Assembly: GCF_000021865.1 (NCBI RefSeq)
Contig: NC_014034.1
Span: 300,001 to 332,000 of the forward strand
Origin: Rhodobacter capsulatus SB 1003
GTDB lineage: Bacteria; Pseudomonadota; Alphaproteobacteria; Rhodobacterales; Rhodobacteraceae
Direction: 5' to 3'
Length of the DNA stretch: 32,000 bases
The notes under the pieces were generated by a model that worked only from the letters and a program-made list of their open reading frames with translations, was not told the DNA's origin and ran no database searches. Both the position numbers and the translations under genes were made by a program. Of the stretch, positions 1-8,136 are shown piece by piece. Each line of letters starts with the position of its first letter. The first letter of the stretch is position 1.

Positions 1-647
1 GCGACCTGCGCGAGGCGCTGGCCGAGCAGCTGATCGCGACCGAGGAATTCGACGTGTTCGAGGCGGGTTCGGGCGCCGAAGGGGTCGAAAAGGCCAAGGG
101 CGCGCTTTACGATCTGGTGATGCTCGATGTCGGCCTGCCCGACACCGATGGCCGGGAGCTGTGCAAGAAGCTGCGCAAGCAGGGGGTGAAATGCCCGATC
201 ATGATGCTGACCGGCCATGACACCGATGCCGACACGATCCTTGGGCTGGACAGCGGCGCGAATGATTACATCACCAAGCCCTTCAAGTTCCCGGTGCTGC
301 TGGCCCGCATCCGCGCCCAGCTGCGCACGCATGAACAATCGGAAGATGCGGTGTTCCAGCTCGGCCCGTATACGTTCAAACCGGCGATGAAGATGCTGAT
401 CGACGCCAAGGACCGCAAGATCCGGCTGACCGAAAAGGAAACCAACATCCTGAAGTTCCTCTATCGGGCGCAGGACGGGGTGGTGGCGCGCGATGTGCTC
501 TTGCACGAGGTCTGGGGCTACAACGCGGGGGTGACCACGCATACGCTGGAAACCCATATCTACCGGCTGCGCCAGAAGATCGAGCCCGATCCGTCGAATG
601 CGCGGCTTCTGATCACGGAATCGGGCGGCTACCGTCTGGTCGCCTGA
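1..647 (+). CDS. OmpR/PhoB-family winged-helix response regulator (CenR-like), 5'-truncated by window edge
   Basis: Frame 3 is open from the window edge (DLREALAEQLIATEEFDVFE...) and runs into track ORF 54..647. It has receiver motifs (MLDVGLPDTDG, MMLTGHD, TKPF) followed by an OmpR-type DNA-binding domain (VWGYNAGVTTHTLETHIYRLRQKIEPD). The resemblance to alphaproteobacterial CenR is from memory and unverified. Confidence 0.9.
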   Translation, partial: DLREALAEQLIATEEFDVFEAGSGAEGVEKAKGALYDLVMLDVGLPDTDGRELCKKLRKQGVKCPIMMLTGHDTDADTILGLDSGANDYITKPFKFPVLLARIRAQLRTHEQSEDAVFQLGPYTFKPAMKMLIDAKDRKIRLTEKETNILKFLYRAQDGVVARDVLLHEVWGYNAGVTTHTLETHIYRLRQKIEPDPSNARLLITESGGYRLVA

Positions 648-659
648 TACCGCGCAGGA

Positions 660-680
660 GCGGGGGTTTCACACCCCCGC
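660..680 (+). terminator. GC hairpin 13 nt after the response-regulator stop (weak terminator candidate)
   Basis: GCGGGGG-tttcaca-CCCCCGC is a 7-bp perfect stem. No canonical T-tract follows. Confidence 0.3.
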
Positions 681-688
681 GCCCCCGT

Positions 689-752
689 GGGATATTTGCA
701 CCAAGGTGAAAGGGCACCCCGGGATCTGCTTTCACCTTGGTGAAAATATCCC
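689..752. repeat. inverted pair of REP-like units (24-bp arms, 16-nt loop)
   Basis: 689-712 (GGGATATTTGCACCAAGGTGAAAG) pairs with 729-752 (CTTTCACCTTGGTGAAAATATCCC) at 23 of 24 positions. The C5 run (682-686) and G6 run (753-758) can extend the stem. Confidence 0.85.
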
Positions 753-773
753 GGGGGGAGTCCGCTTGCGGAC

Positions 774-790
774 GGGGGGCAGCGCCCCCC
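774..790 (-). terminator. GC hairpin immediately after the DUF3775 stop (weak terminator candidate)
   Basis: GGGGGGC-agc-GCCCCCC is a 7-bp stem abutting the stop codon at 791-793. A second small stem, GTCCG/CGGAC, lies at 760-773. There is no T-tract. Confidence 0.3.
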
Positions 791-1135
791 CTACACCGTC
801 GGATTGATGCCGTCCTCGGCTTCTTCCAGGCTGATCCCCATCGCATTCAGACCGTCTTCCAGGTAATCGGCCAGCATCGGGATGCCGAGAAGGTAATCCT
901 CGGTCGGCGCGGTCGCCTCGGCCTTGGCGGTCTCGAAGGCCTCGTCGAATTCCGCGGCCTGGAAGGTCTCGCGGCCGATCCACATCAGCGCGGTCAGCGC
1001 CGCCTGTTCATCCTCGTTCAAGGCCGCGATGAAGGCGCGCAGCTCGCGCCCCTGACCGGATCCGGGCACTTCGGCGTCGAATTTCCGGGCGCGGATGATC
1101 ACATGGGCGATTTTCGACGGGCTGATCGGCAGCAT
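791..1135 (-). CDS. DUF3775 domain-containing protein
   Basis: Track ORF 791..1381 is trimmed to the ATG at 1135, which has AGGAGG 7 nt upstream on the minus strand. The sequence MLPISPSKIAHVIIRARKFDAEV...LNEDEQAALTALMWIGRE...LLGIPMLADYLEDGL matches the DUF3775 pattern as I remember it. Confidence 0.8.
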   Translation of the reverse strand: MLPISPSKIAHVIIRARKFDAEVPGSGQGRELRAFIAALNEDEQAALTALMWIGRETFQAAEFDEAFETAKAEATAPTEDYLLGIPMLADYLEDGLNAMGISLEEAEDGINPTV

Positions 1136-1193
1136 GACACGTCCTCCTGTGATCCCACTCTCGTCCCGGACGGGCCGCGACGCAAGCGCCATC

Positions 1194-2345
1194 TCAGCTT
1201 TCGACGGGAAGCCGCAAGGGCGGTTCCGGGGCCAGCTCCTCGAAGTCGAAATTGTCGAGCCGATGCGCCCGCTTGCCCGCCTTTTCGGCGGAGGTCCGGA
1301 TCTCCTCGATGTCGCGCGCGGCCATGCCGAAATGGCGATCAAGGTTCGCCACCCGCTCGCCCAGCCGCCCGACATCGGCATGCAGCGCGGCGAGTTCGCG
1401 CCGGATCGCCCCCGCCTGCGCCCGCATCCGCGCGTCTTTCAGCACGGCGCGCATCGTGTGCAGCGTCGCCATGCAGGTGGTGGGCGAGACGATCCAGACC
1501 TTGGCGGCGAAACCCTCGCGCACCAGTTCGGGGAAATTCGCGTGCAGTTCCGCATAGACCGCCTCTGACGGCAGGAACAGCAGCGCGCCATCGGCGGTCT
1601 CGCCCTCGATGATGTAGCGATCCGCAATGGCGCGGATATGCGAGCGCAGGGAAATCCGCATCATCCGTTGCGCCTCGATCAGCTGGCTTTGATTTTCGGC
1701 GCGGCGCAGGGCCTCGTAAGCCTCCAGCGGGAATTTGCTGTCGATCACCATCGGCCCTGGGGGATGGGGCAGATGGATCAGGCAATCGGCGCGGCGTCCG
1801 TTCGAAAGCGTCGCCTGCATCGTATAGGAATCGCGCGGCAGCGCCTTTTGCACGATGTCATGCAGCTGGATCTCGCCAAAGGCGCCGCGGGTCTGCTTGT
1901 TCGAGAGAATGTCCTGCAATCCCAGCACATTGCCCGAAAGCTTCTCGATATTCGCCTGGGCCTTGTCGATGGCGGCCAGACGCTGTTGCAGATCGCCAAG
2001 GCTGCGCGCGGTGCGGGTGGCCGAGCCGTGCAGGCTCTCGGTCATCGCCCGGTTCACCTCGGCCAGACGCGCCTCCATCAGTTGCAGCATCCGGCTTTGG
2101 CTGGCGGCCTGGGCTTCGGAGACATGATGCAGCCCGCCTGCGAGCTGGTGCTGGCCATCGGACAGCGCCTGCACCCGTTGCGCCAGCTGCAACAGGGTCC
2201 CGGCCAGCGGGTCCAGCGCCTTCGCCGTGCGCAAGGACGCCCGCAGCATCAAAAGGATCAGCAGCAGCAGAACCGCCGCCGAAGCAAGCGCCGCCTGCAC
2301 CAGAGGGTCCTGCAGGTCGATCAGATGCGCGCCGAGTTCGATCAT
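1194..2345 (-). CDS. rmuC: DNA recombination protein RmuC
   Basis: Track ORF 1194..2507 is trimmed to the ATG at 2345 (MIELGAHLIDL...), which overlaps the mutL stop as ATGA. It has an N-terminal hydrophobic segment, a long coiled-coil-like region and a C-terminal RmuC nuclease-like region (DCLIHLP..VIDSKFPLEAY...FLPSEAVY). Confidence 0.85.
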   Translation of the reverse strand: MIELGAHLIDLQDPLVQAALASAAVLLLLILLMLRASLRTAKALDPLAGTLLQLAQRVQALSDGQHQLAGGLHHVSEAQAASQSRMLQLMEARLAEVNRAMTESLHGSATRTARSLGDLQQRLAAIDKAQANIEKLSGNVLGLQDILSNKQTRGAFGEIQLHDIVQKALPRDSYTMQATLSNGRRADCLIHLPHPPGPMVIDSKFPLEAYEALRRAENQSQLIEAQRMMRISLRSHIRAIADRYIIEGETADGALLFLPSEAVYAELHANFPELVREGFAAKVWIVSPTTCMATLHTMRAVLKDARMRAQAGAIRRELAALHADVGRLGERVANLDRHFGMAARDIEEIRTSAEKAGKRAHRLDNFDFEELAPEPPLRLPVES

Positions 2346-4195
2346 GTCCGGCCGAACAGCCGTTCGATGTCGGAAAGCTTCAGCTCGACATAGGTCGGGC
2401 GGCCGTGGTTGCACTGGCCGGAAAGCGGCGTCGCCTCCATCTCGCGCAGCAGCGCGTTCATCTCCTCGACCCGCATCTGCCGGCCGGAGCGGATCGAGCC
2501 GTGGCACGACATCCGCGACAGAACCGCGTCGATCTTCGATTGCAGCCGCAGGCTGTCGCCCTGATCGGCGAGCTCATCCAGAATGTCGCGCAGCAAAGCC
2601 GCGGCGTTGATTTCGCCCAGGATCGCCGGGGTTTCGCGCACGGCGATGGCGCTGCCGCCAAAGGGCTCGATGGCAAGGCCAAGCCGGTGCAGCTCCTCGG
2701 CCACATCAAGCAGCCGGGCAGCCTCGGCGGCGGAAAGCTCCACGATCTCGGGGATCAGCAGCGCCTGCGCCGCGATGCCCTTTTCGGCGCTTTGCGCCTT
2801 CAGCCGTTCATAGACCAGCCGCTCATGCGCGGCGTGCTGATCGACGATCACCATGCCGCGTTCGGTCTGGGCGATGATGTAGTTTTCATGCAGCTGCGCC
2901 CGCGCGGCGCCCAAGGGGCGGTGGATCAGCTCGGCCGTCCCGGGTGGGGCGGGCTCGACTCGGGCCGAGGGGGCAAAGGGCGCGGTGAAGGGCTGCGGGG
3001 CCTCGTCGAAGCTTTGCAGCGGCATCTGCGCGGCAAAGGCATTGCGGATGGCGCCGGAACTGGGCCGTTCCATCTGATAGATCCGCGGCTGCGCCGGTTC
3101 GGGCTGCATCGCGCCCAGAGTGGCGGTGGCGACGGTGGAGGAGGACCGATGCCCCGATTGCGCCAGCGCGTGGCGGATGCCGGTCACGATCAGGCCCCGC
3201 GGCACGCCCGCTTCGCGAAAGCGCACTTCGGCCTTGGCGGGGTGGACGTTGACGTCAACGCTTTCGGGGTCGCAGGTCAGGAACAGCACCGCGGCCGGGT
3301 GGCGATCACGGGAGAGCACATCGATATAGGCGGCCCGCAACGCGCCCAAAAGCATCTTGTCGCGCACTGGGCGGCCGTTGACGAAGAGGAACTGCTCGAC
3401 CGCGGCGCCGCGGGAATAGGTGGGCAGGGCGGCATAGCCGGTCAGCCGGATCCCCTCGCGGTCCGCGTCCAAAGGCACCGCATTGTCGGCAAAGGCCCGG
3501 CCAAGGATGCGGCCAAGACGGCCCGAAAGCGCGCCGAACAACTCGCCCTGTTCGGCATCGGCGCGAAAGATTTCCCGCGTCTCGCTGCCCGCGATTTCGC
3601 GCAGGGTGAAGCTGACATAGGGCTCGGCCATGGCAAGGCGCTTGACCGTGTCGGCGATCGCCTGCGCCTCGGTCCGGTCGGTGCGCAGGAATTTCAGCCG
3701 CGCCGGGGTGGCAAAGAACAGATCGCGCAGCTCGACCACGGTGCCGCGGTTCAGCGCCGCCGGTTTCACCGCGCCGATCCTGCCGCCGGAAACGGTGATC
3801 TGCGCCGCCTCGAACCCCTCGGCCCGCGAGGTGATCGTCAGCCGCCCGACCGCGCCCAAGCTTGGCAGGGCCTCGCCGCGAAAGCCGAAAGTGTGGATGT
3901 TCAGAAGATCCGAGCCGTCGATCTTCGAGGTGGCATGGCGGCAAAGCGCCAGCGGCAGGTCCTCGGCGGTCATGCCGCAGCCGTCGTCGCTGATCCGGAT
4001 CAGCGTCTTGCCGCCATCCGCATAGGCGATCTCGATGCGGCTCGCCCCGGCGTCGAGCGCGTTTTCGACAAGCTCCTTGACCGCCGAGGCGGGGCGTTCG
4101 ACCACCTCTCCCGCCGCGATGCGGTTGGCGGCGGCGTCGTCAAGCTGGCGGATCACCGGGCGGGAGGCGCCGATTTGGGGGGGCTGTGCGTTCAT
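2342..4195 (-). CDS. mutL: DNA mismatch repair endonuclease MutL
   Basis: The GHKL ATPase N-terminus reads IRQLDDAAANRIAAGEVVERPASAVKELVENALDAG, and the C-terminal dimerisation/endonuclease region reads DQHAAHERLVYE...CNHGRPT. The start is placed at the ATG at 4195 (MNAQPPQ...); the upstream ATG at 4231 is possible. Confidence 0.93.
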   Translation of the reverse strand: MNAQPPQIGASRPVIRQLDDAAANRIAAGEVVERPASAVKELVENALDAGASRIEIAYADGGKTLIRISDDGCGMTAEDLPLALCRHATSKIDGSDLLNIHTFGFRGEALPSLGAVGRLTITSRAEGFEAAQITVSGGRIGAVKPAALNRGTVVELRDLFFATPARLKFLRTDRTEAQAIADTVKRLAMAEPYVSFTLREIAGSETREIFRADAEQGELFGALSGRLGRILGRAFADNAVPLDADREGIRLTGYAALPTYSRGAAVEQFLFVNGRPVRDKMLLGALRAAYIDVLSRDRHPAAVLFLTCDPESVDVNVHPAKAEVRFREAGVPRGLIVTGIRHALAQSGHRSSSTVATATLGAMQPEPAQPRIYQMERPSSGAIRNAFAAQMPLQSFDEAPQPFTAPFAPSARVEPAPPGTAELIHRPLGAARAQLHENYIIAQTERGMVIVDQHAAHERLVYERLKAQSAEKGIAAQALLIPEIVELSAAEAARLLDVAEELHRLGLAIEPFGGSAIAVRETPAILGEINAAALLRDILDELADQGDSLRLQSKIDAVLSRMSCHGSIRSGRQMRVEEMNALLREMEATPLSGQCNHGRPTYVELKLSDIERLFGRT

Positions 4196-4243
4196 GCCAC
4201 AAGGGATAGCACAGCCCGAAACCGAGCCCAACAGATTCGGGGC

Positions 4244-5560
4244 TTACTTCAGCCCCTCGGGCTGGCCCACGACGACAAAGCGCAGCCCCTCGGCCTTGAT
4301 CAGCCGCTGCGCCACCCGGGCGATGTCGTCTTTCGTCACCGCAGTCACCTTGTCGTTGCGGGTGTTGATGTAATCGACCGGCAGGCCGTTCAGCTGCATC
4401 CCCGCCAGAATGTCGGCGATGTTGCCGTTGCCATCGAAACGCAAGGGATAGGCGCCGGTCAGATAGGTCTTGGCATCGGCCAGTTCCCGGTCCGTGACCT
4501 TGCCGCTTGCGGCCCTGGCCCATTCCGCCTTCACGATCTCGATCGCTTCGGCCACCTTGCCATTGGCCGAGGCGAAGCTGCCCTGCCAGGTCTCGGCCAG
4601 ATCCTTGGGCACCAGATAGGTGTAGATCCCATAGGTCAGGCCGCGCTTTTCGCGCACCTCCTCCATCAGGCGAGAGGAAAAGCCGCCCGCGCCCAGGATC
4701 TCGTTGAAGACATAGGCGGGGAAGAAATCCGGGTCCGACATCGCCAGCCCCTGTTCGCCAAAGATCACCGTCGCCTGCGGCGTGTCGAAGGGAACGACGG
4801 TCACACCGCCGGTCAGCGCCAGATCAGCGCGCGGCGGCAGCGGCGCCCCCGTGGCGGGCAGATCGCCCAGCAGCCTGTCGAGCAGCGGACCCAGATCGGC
4901 CGCCGTGATGTCGCCCACCGCCGAGACCACCAGCCGGTCGCGCGCCATCACCCGGGCCTTGGCGGTGAACATGTCCTCGCGCGTCAGGGCCTGCACGCTG
5001 TCCAGCGTGCCGTTCAGCGAGGTGCCATAGGGATGATCGCCATAGGCCAGCTTGCGGAAGGCCTCGCCCGCAAGCGCCTGCGGGTCCTGCGTCTCCGAGG
5101 CGATGATCGACAGCACCTGCCCGCGCACCCGGTCGACCGAGGCCTGATCGAAATGCGGGTCGGTCAGCGCGCCGCGCAAAAGATCCACCGCCTTGTCGCG
5201 GTTTTCGGTCAGCATCCGGGCAGAGATGCTCAGCGTGTCATCATCGACGTCGAATTTGAAACTGGCGGCAAGCGCCTCCTGCGCCGCGGCAAAGCCCTGA
5301 CTGTCGAGATCGGCCGAACCCTCTTCCAGCGTCGCCGTCATCAGATTGGTGGCGCCGCGCTTGCCCGGCTCATCCAGGCTCGCCCCGCCGCGAAAGCGGA
5401 TTTCCAGCGCGGTGAAGGGGATGTCATGCGCCTCGACCAGCCAGGCCTTGATCCCCCCGGGCGAGGTGACCTCGGTGATCTCGATCGCCGCGGCGGGCAG
5501 GGCGGACAGCACGGCCAGAACGACGGCGGCCAGGATGCGGAACGGAGCGCGAAGGATCAT
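4244..5560 (-). CDS. M16-family (pitrilysin/insulinase-like) peptidase, non-catalytic-type subunit, secreted
   Basis: 438 aa with an N-terminal signal peptide (MILRAPFRILAAVVLAVLSALPAAA) and M16 fold-like sequence. No HxxEH zinc motif is visible. Its start overlaps the stop of the upstream M16 gene (ATGA at 5557-5560). Confidence 0.85.
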   Translation of the reverse strand: MILRAPFRILAAVVLAVLSALPAAAIEITEVTSPGGIKAWLVEAHDIPFTALEIRFRGGASLDEPGKRGATNLMTATLEEGSADLDSQGFAAAQEALAASFKFDVDDDTLSISARMLTENRDKAVDLLRGALTDPHFDQASVDRVRGQVLSIIASETQDPQALAGEAFRKLAYGDHPYGTSLNGTLDSVQALTREDMFTAKARVMARDRLVVSAVGDITAADLGPLLDRLLGDLPATGAPLPPRADLALTGGVTVVPFDTPQATVIFGEQGLAMSDPDFFPAYVFNEILGAGGFSSRLMEEVREKRGLTYGIYTYLVPKDLAETWQGSFASANGKVAEAIEIVKAEWARAASGKVTDRELADAKTYLTGAYPLRFDGNGNIADILAGMQLNGLPVDYINTRNDKVTAVTKDDIARVAQRLIKAEGLRFVVVGQPEGLK

Positions 5561-6948
5561 TGCGTGGCCTCCGGGGTCAGGGCAGGGGCGACGGGGGCGG
5601 GGGCGGCGGATGCCGGGGCGGCGGTGCCCGCGGTTTCGGCAAAGACCGTCACCGAGCGCGCCGGATCGAACAGCGCCGTCGCCGCGGCGATCACGTCCTC
5701 GGGGGTGACCGACATCAGCACCTCGGGCCAGGCCTCGACATCGGCGACGGAAAAGCCCGAGGCCAGGGCCTCGCCATAGCGCTGCGCCAGCGCCTCGGTG
5801 TCGTCCTGTTCATAGATCTGGCTGGCGCGGATCTGGGTGCGGATGCGTTCGAACTGCGCCGGGTCGATGCCGTCAGTGAAGAAATCGGCCAAAGCCTTGT
5901 CCAGCGCGGCCTCCGCACTGGGCAGATCGACATCCTTGGCGGGCATCACCGCCAAGGTGAAGGTGGTCTGGTCGATCGACATGCCGTCATAGCCCGCCGA
6001 GACATGGATCGCATCGCCCGCCTCGAAGACCAGTTTGCGCCCCAGAACCGAGGTGGCCATGTTGCCGCCCAGAAGCTCCGCCAGAATCGTCAGCGCCGCG
6101 GCCTGTTTCTGATCGCCCGGGTTGCGTTCGGGGGCCAGATAGCTGCGCATCACATAGGGCTGGGCGATCCGGGCATCGCGAAACACCATGCGCCGGGCCG
6201 CGAGTTGCGGCGGCTCCTGCGGGCGGAGGCGCGGCGGGATGTCGGCCGAGGGCGCCAGCGGGCCGTAATATTTCGCCGCCAGCTCCTTCACCTGATCGGG
6301 CGTCACGTCGCCCGCCACCACCAGCACCGCATCATTGGGCGCATAGTAGCGCCGATACCAGGCCAGCGCATCCTCGCGGGTCAGCTCCTCCATCTCTTGG
6401 CGCCAGCCGATCACCGGCGTGCCATAGGGGCTGTTGAGGAATTGCGCCGCCCGCATCTGTTCGCTCAGCAGCGCCGAAGGATCGCTGTCGGTGCGCTGGG
6501 CGCGTTCCTCCAGAATCACCTCGCGTTCGGTCTTCCAGTCATCGGGCGAGATGCGCAGGTTGCGCATCCGGTCGGCTTCCATCTTCATCACCAGCTCCAG
6601 CCGGTCGGCGGCGATGCGCTGGTAATAGGCGGTGTAATCATAGCTGGTGAAGGCATTGTCCGAGCCGCCATTGGCCGCCACCACCTTGGACAATTCGCCT
6701 GCCGCCAGCGTGTCGGTGCCCTTGAACATCAGATGTTCCAGGTAATGGGCGATGCCCGACTTGCCCCGGACCTCGTCGGCCGATCCGGCCCTGTACCAGA
6801 CCATCTGCACCACGACCGGGGCGCGGTGATCCTCGATCACCACGGCTTCAAGGCCGTTCTTCAGGGTAAAATGGGTCACCGGCGCGGCTGACGCGCCAAA
6901 AGCCGTCGCCGTCAGAAACAGTCCGGCAAGCATCGTGCGCATGGGCAC
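5557..6948 (-). CDS. M16-family zinc peptidase, catalytic-type subunit, secreted
   Basis: 463 aa with a signal peptide (MPMRTMLAGLFLTATAFGASAAP). The inverted zincin motif HYLEH (HxxEH) lies within GIAHYLEHLMFKGT. GGAGG sits upstream of the ATG at 6948. Confidence 0.88.
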   Translation of the reverse strand: MPMRTMLAGLFLTATAFGASAAPVTHFTLKNGLEAVVIEDHRAPVVVQMVWYRAGSADEVRGKSGIAHYLEHLMFKGTDTLAAGELSKVVAANGGSDNAFTSYDYTAYYQRIAADRLELVMKMEADRMRNLRISPDDWKTEREVILEERAQRTDSDPSALLSEQMRAAQFLNSPYGTPVIGWRQEMEELTREDALAWYRRYYAPNDAVLVVAGDVTPDQVKELAAKYYGPLAPSADIPPRLRPQEPPQLAARRMVFRDARIAQPYVMRSYLAPERNPGDQKQAAALTILAELLGGNMATSVLGRKLVFEAGDAIHVSAGYDGMSIDQTTFTLAVMPAKDVDLPSAEAALDKALADFFTDGIDPAQFERIRTQIRASQIYEQDDTEALAQRYGEALASGFSVADVEAWPEVLMSVTPEDVIAAATALFDPARSVTVFAETAGTAAPASAAPAPVAPALTPEATQ

Positions 6949-7032
6949 CTCCGTCGATCTGTCGTCAGGGTAGCCGCATCGGCGCCACAGACAACCGTGA
7001 CGGTGCGGGACTGACGCAGGTTTGATCGGCCG

Positions 7033-7587
7033 TTACGGCAACGCCTCCTGCGCCGTGCCCGAAGGCGGCGCGGCGGGGGTGCGCAGGCCCTGTTTGCGCC
7101 AGCGCTCCAGCTCGGCCTGCTGGTCCAGCGACATCGGCGCATAGGCCTTGAGATAGACGTTGATGTTGAACAGCCGTTCCAGCAACCGGCCATCATGCTT
7201 GCGCCGCCATTCCAGATCCTCGGCGGCAAGGCGGTCGCGGATGCCGGCCTCGGTGCCGAAGCGCCCCGAATGGCCCAGCAGACCGCCATCGCCCGCGGCG
7301 CGGCCGGTGCCGGTCACCCGGGCGGGATCGCCGCCCAGCGCCGCCACCGCGTCGGCCTGCGGCGTCGGATCGGTGATGTTCGCGCCCCCCGGCGTCGGCG
7401 CGGGCAGCTCGGTCAGGCTGTCGGGCATCGCCAGCGGCTTCGTCGGCAGGATGCCGAATTCATCCGGCCCCGAGGTCGAGGACCGCAGGTGCATCAATTC
7501 GGGCTGTTTGTCCTTCGCGCCGCCGCAGCCGCCAAGGGCCAGCGCCGTCACCAGCGCAATCCCGAGCGTTCCAGACACCGATCGCAT
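7033..7587 (-). CDS. DUF3035 family lipoprotein
   Basis: MRSVSGTLGIALVTALALGGCGG carries a lipobox (L-G-G-C). The downstream GPDEFGILPTKPLAMPDSLTELPAPTPGGANITDP resembles DUF3035. The track ORF begins at 7599; I prefer the ATG at 7587. Confidence 0.75.
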   Translation of the reverse strand: MRSVSGTLGIALVTALALGGCGGAKDKQPELMHLRSSTSGPDEFGILPTKPLAMPDSLTELPAPTPGGANITDPTPQADAVAALGGDPARVTGTGRAAGDGGLLGHSGRFGTEAGIRDRLAAEDLEWRRKHDGRLLERLFNINVYLKAYAPMSLDQQAELERWRKQGLRTPAAPPSGTAQEALP

Positions 7588-7653
7588 GCAGCACTCCATC
7601 GCCGTTTGCCCCGTCTTAGCCTATCGCCAGCCGTCCGTCACGTCCCAAAGGCG

Positions 7654-8130
7654 TCAGCCCCGGCCGGACTTGCCCTCGCCGGTGAACAGCACCAGCCCCG
7701 CCGCGCCGAGGAAGATGGCGATATCGGCGACGTTGAAGGAAAACGGATTGTCCCAGAACGGTGCCGAGACATTCAGGAAATCGGCGACCGCGCCATAGGC
7801 GATGCGGTCGATCACATTCCCCAGCGCCCCGCCGATCAAGAGACCCGCGGCCACCTGCCCGCGCAGCCCCTGCGGATGGCGGCTGACCCAGTGCCAGACC
7901 CAGGCCGAGATGGCGAGCGCCATCACCACCAGCGCCCAGCGGGTGATCTCGTCCTCGCCCGCGAAAAGGCCGAAGTTGATGCCCCGGTTCCACGCCATGC
8001 GCAGGTTGAGCCAGGGCGGCAGGACCGCCATCTGGCCGATCCGGTCCAGCCCGATCCATTGCACGACGATGAATTTCGTCACCTGATCGAGCAGCAGCAC
8101 CGCCGCCGCAAACCGCGCCATCAGTCGCAT
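7654..8130 (-). CDS. lspA: lipoprotein signal peptidase (signal peptidase II)
   Basis: A 158-aa multi-pass membrane protein with LspA signatures (LLLDQVTKF, NRGINFGLF, GGALGNVIDR, FNVADIAI). Confidence 0.9.
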   Translation of the reverse strand: MRLMARFAAAVLLLDQVTKFIVVQWIGLDRIGQMAVLPPWLNLRMAWNRGINFGLFAGEDEITRWALVVMALAISAWVWHWVSRHPQGLRGQVAAGLLIGGALGNVIDRIAYGAVADFLNVSAPFWDNPFSFNVADIAIFLGAAGLVLFTGEGKSGRG

Positions 8131-8136
8131 GATGCC

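Noticed and set aside
737-1612. Several overlapping ORFs of 150-290 aa in alternative frames over DUF3775/rmuC, with similar cases throughout the track
   Set aside because: They overlap better-supported genes in other frames. Their translations are Arg/Pro/Ala-rich with no motifs, which is typical of spurious ORFs in GC-rich DNA.
2405-5779. A 1124-aa plus-strand ORF antisense to mutL and the M16 peptidases
   Set aside because: The reasoning is the same as for 7195-11475. The opposite-strand genes have clear catalytic motifs, and this ORF has none. It is a high-GC artefact.
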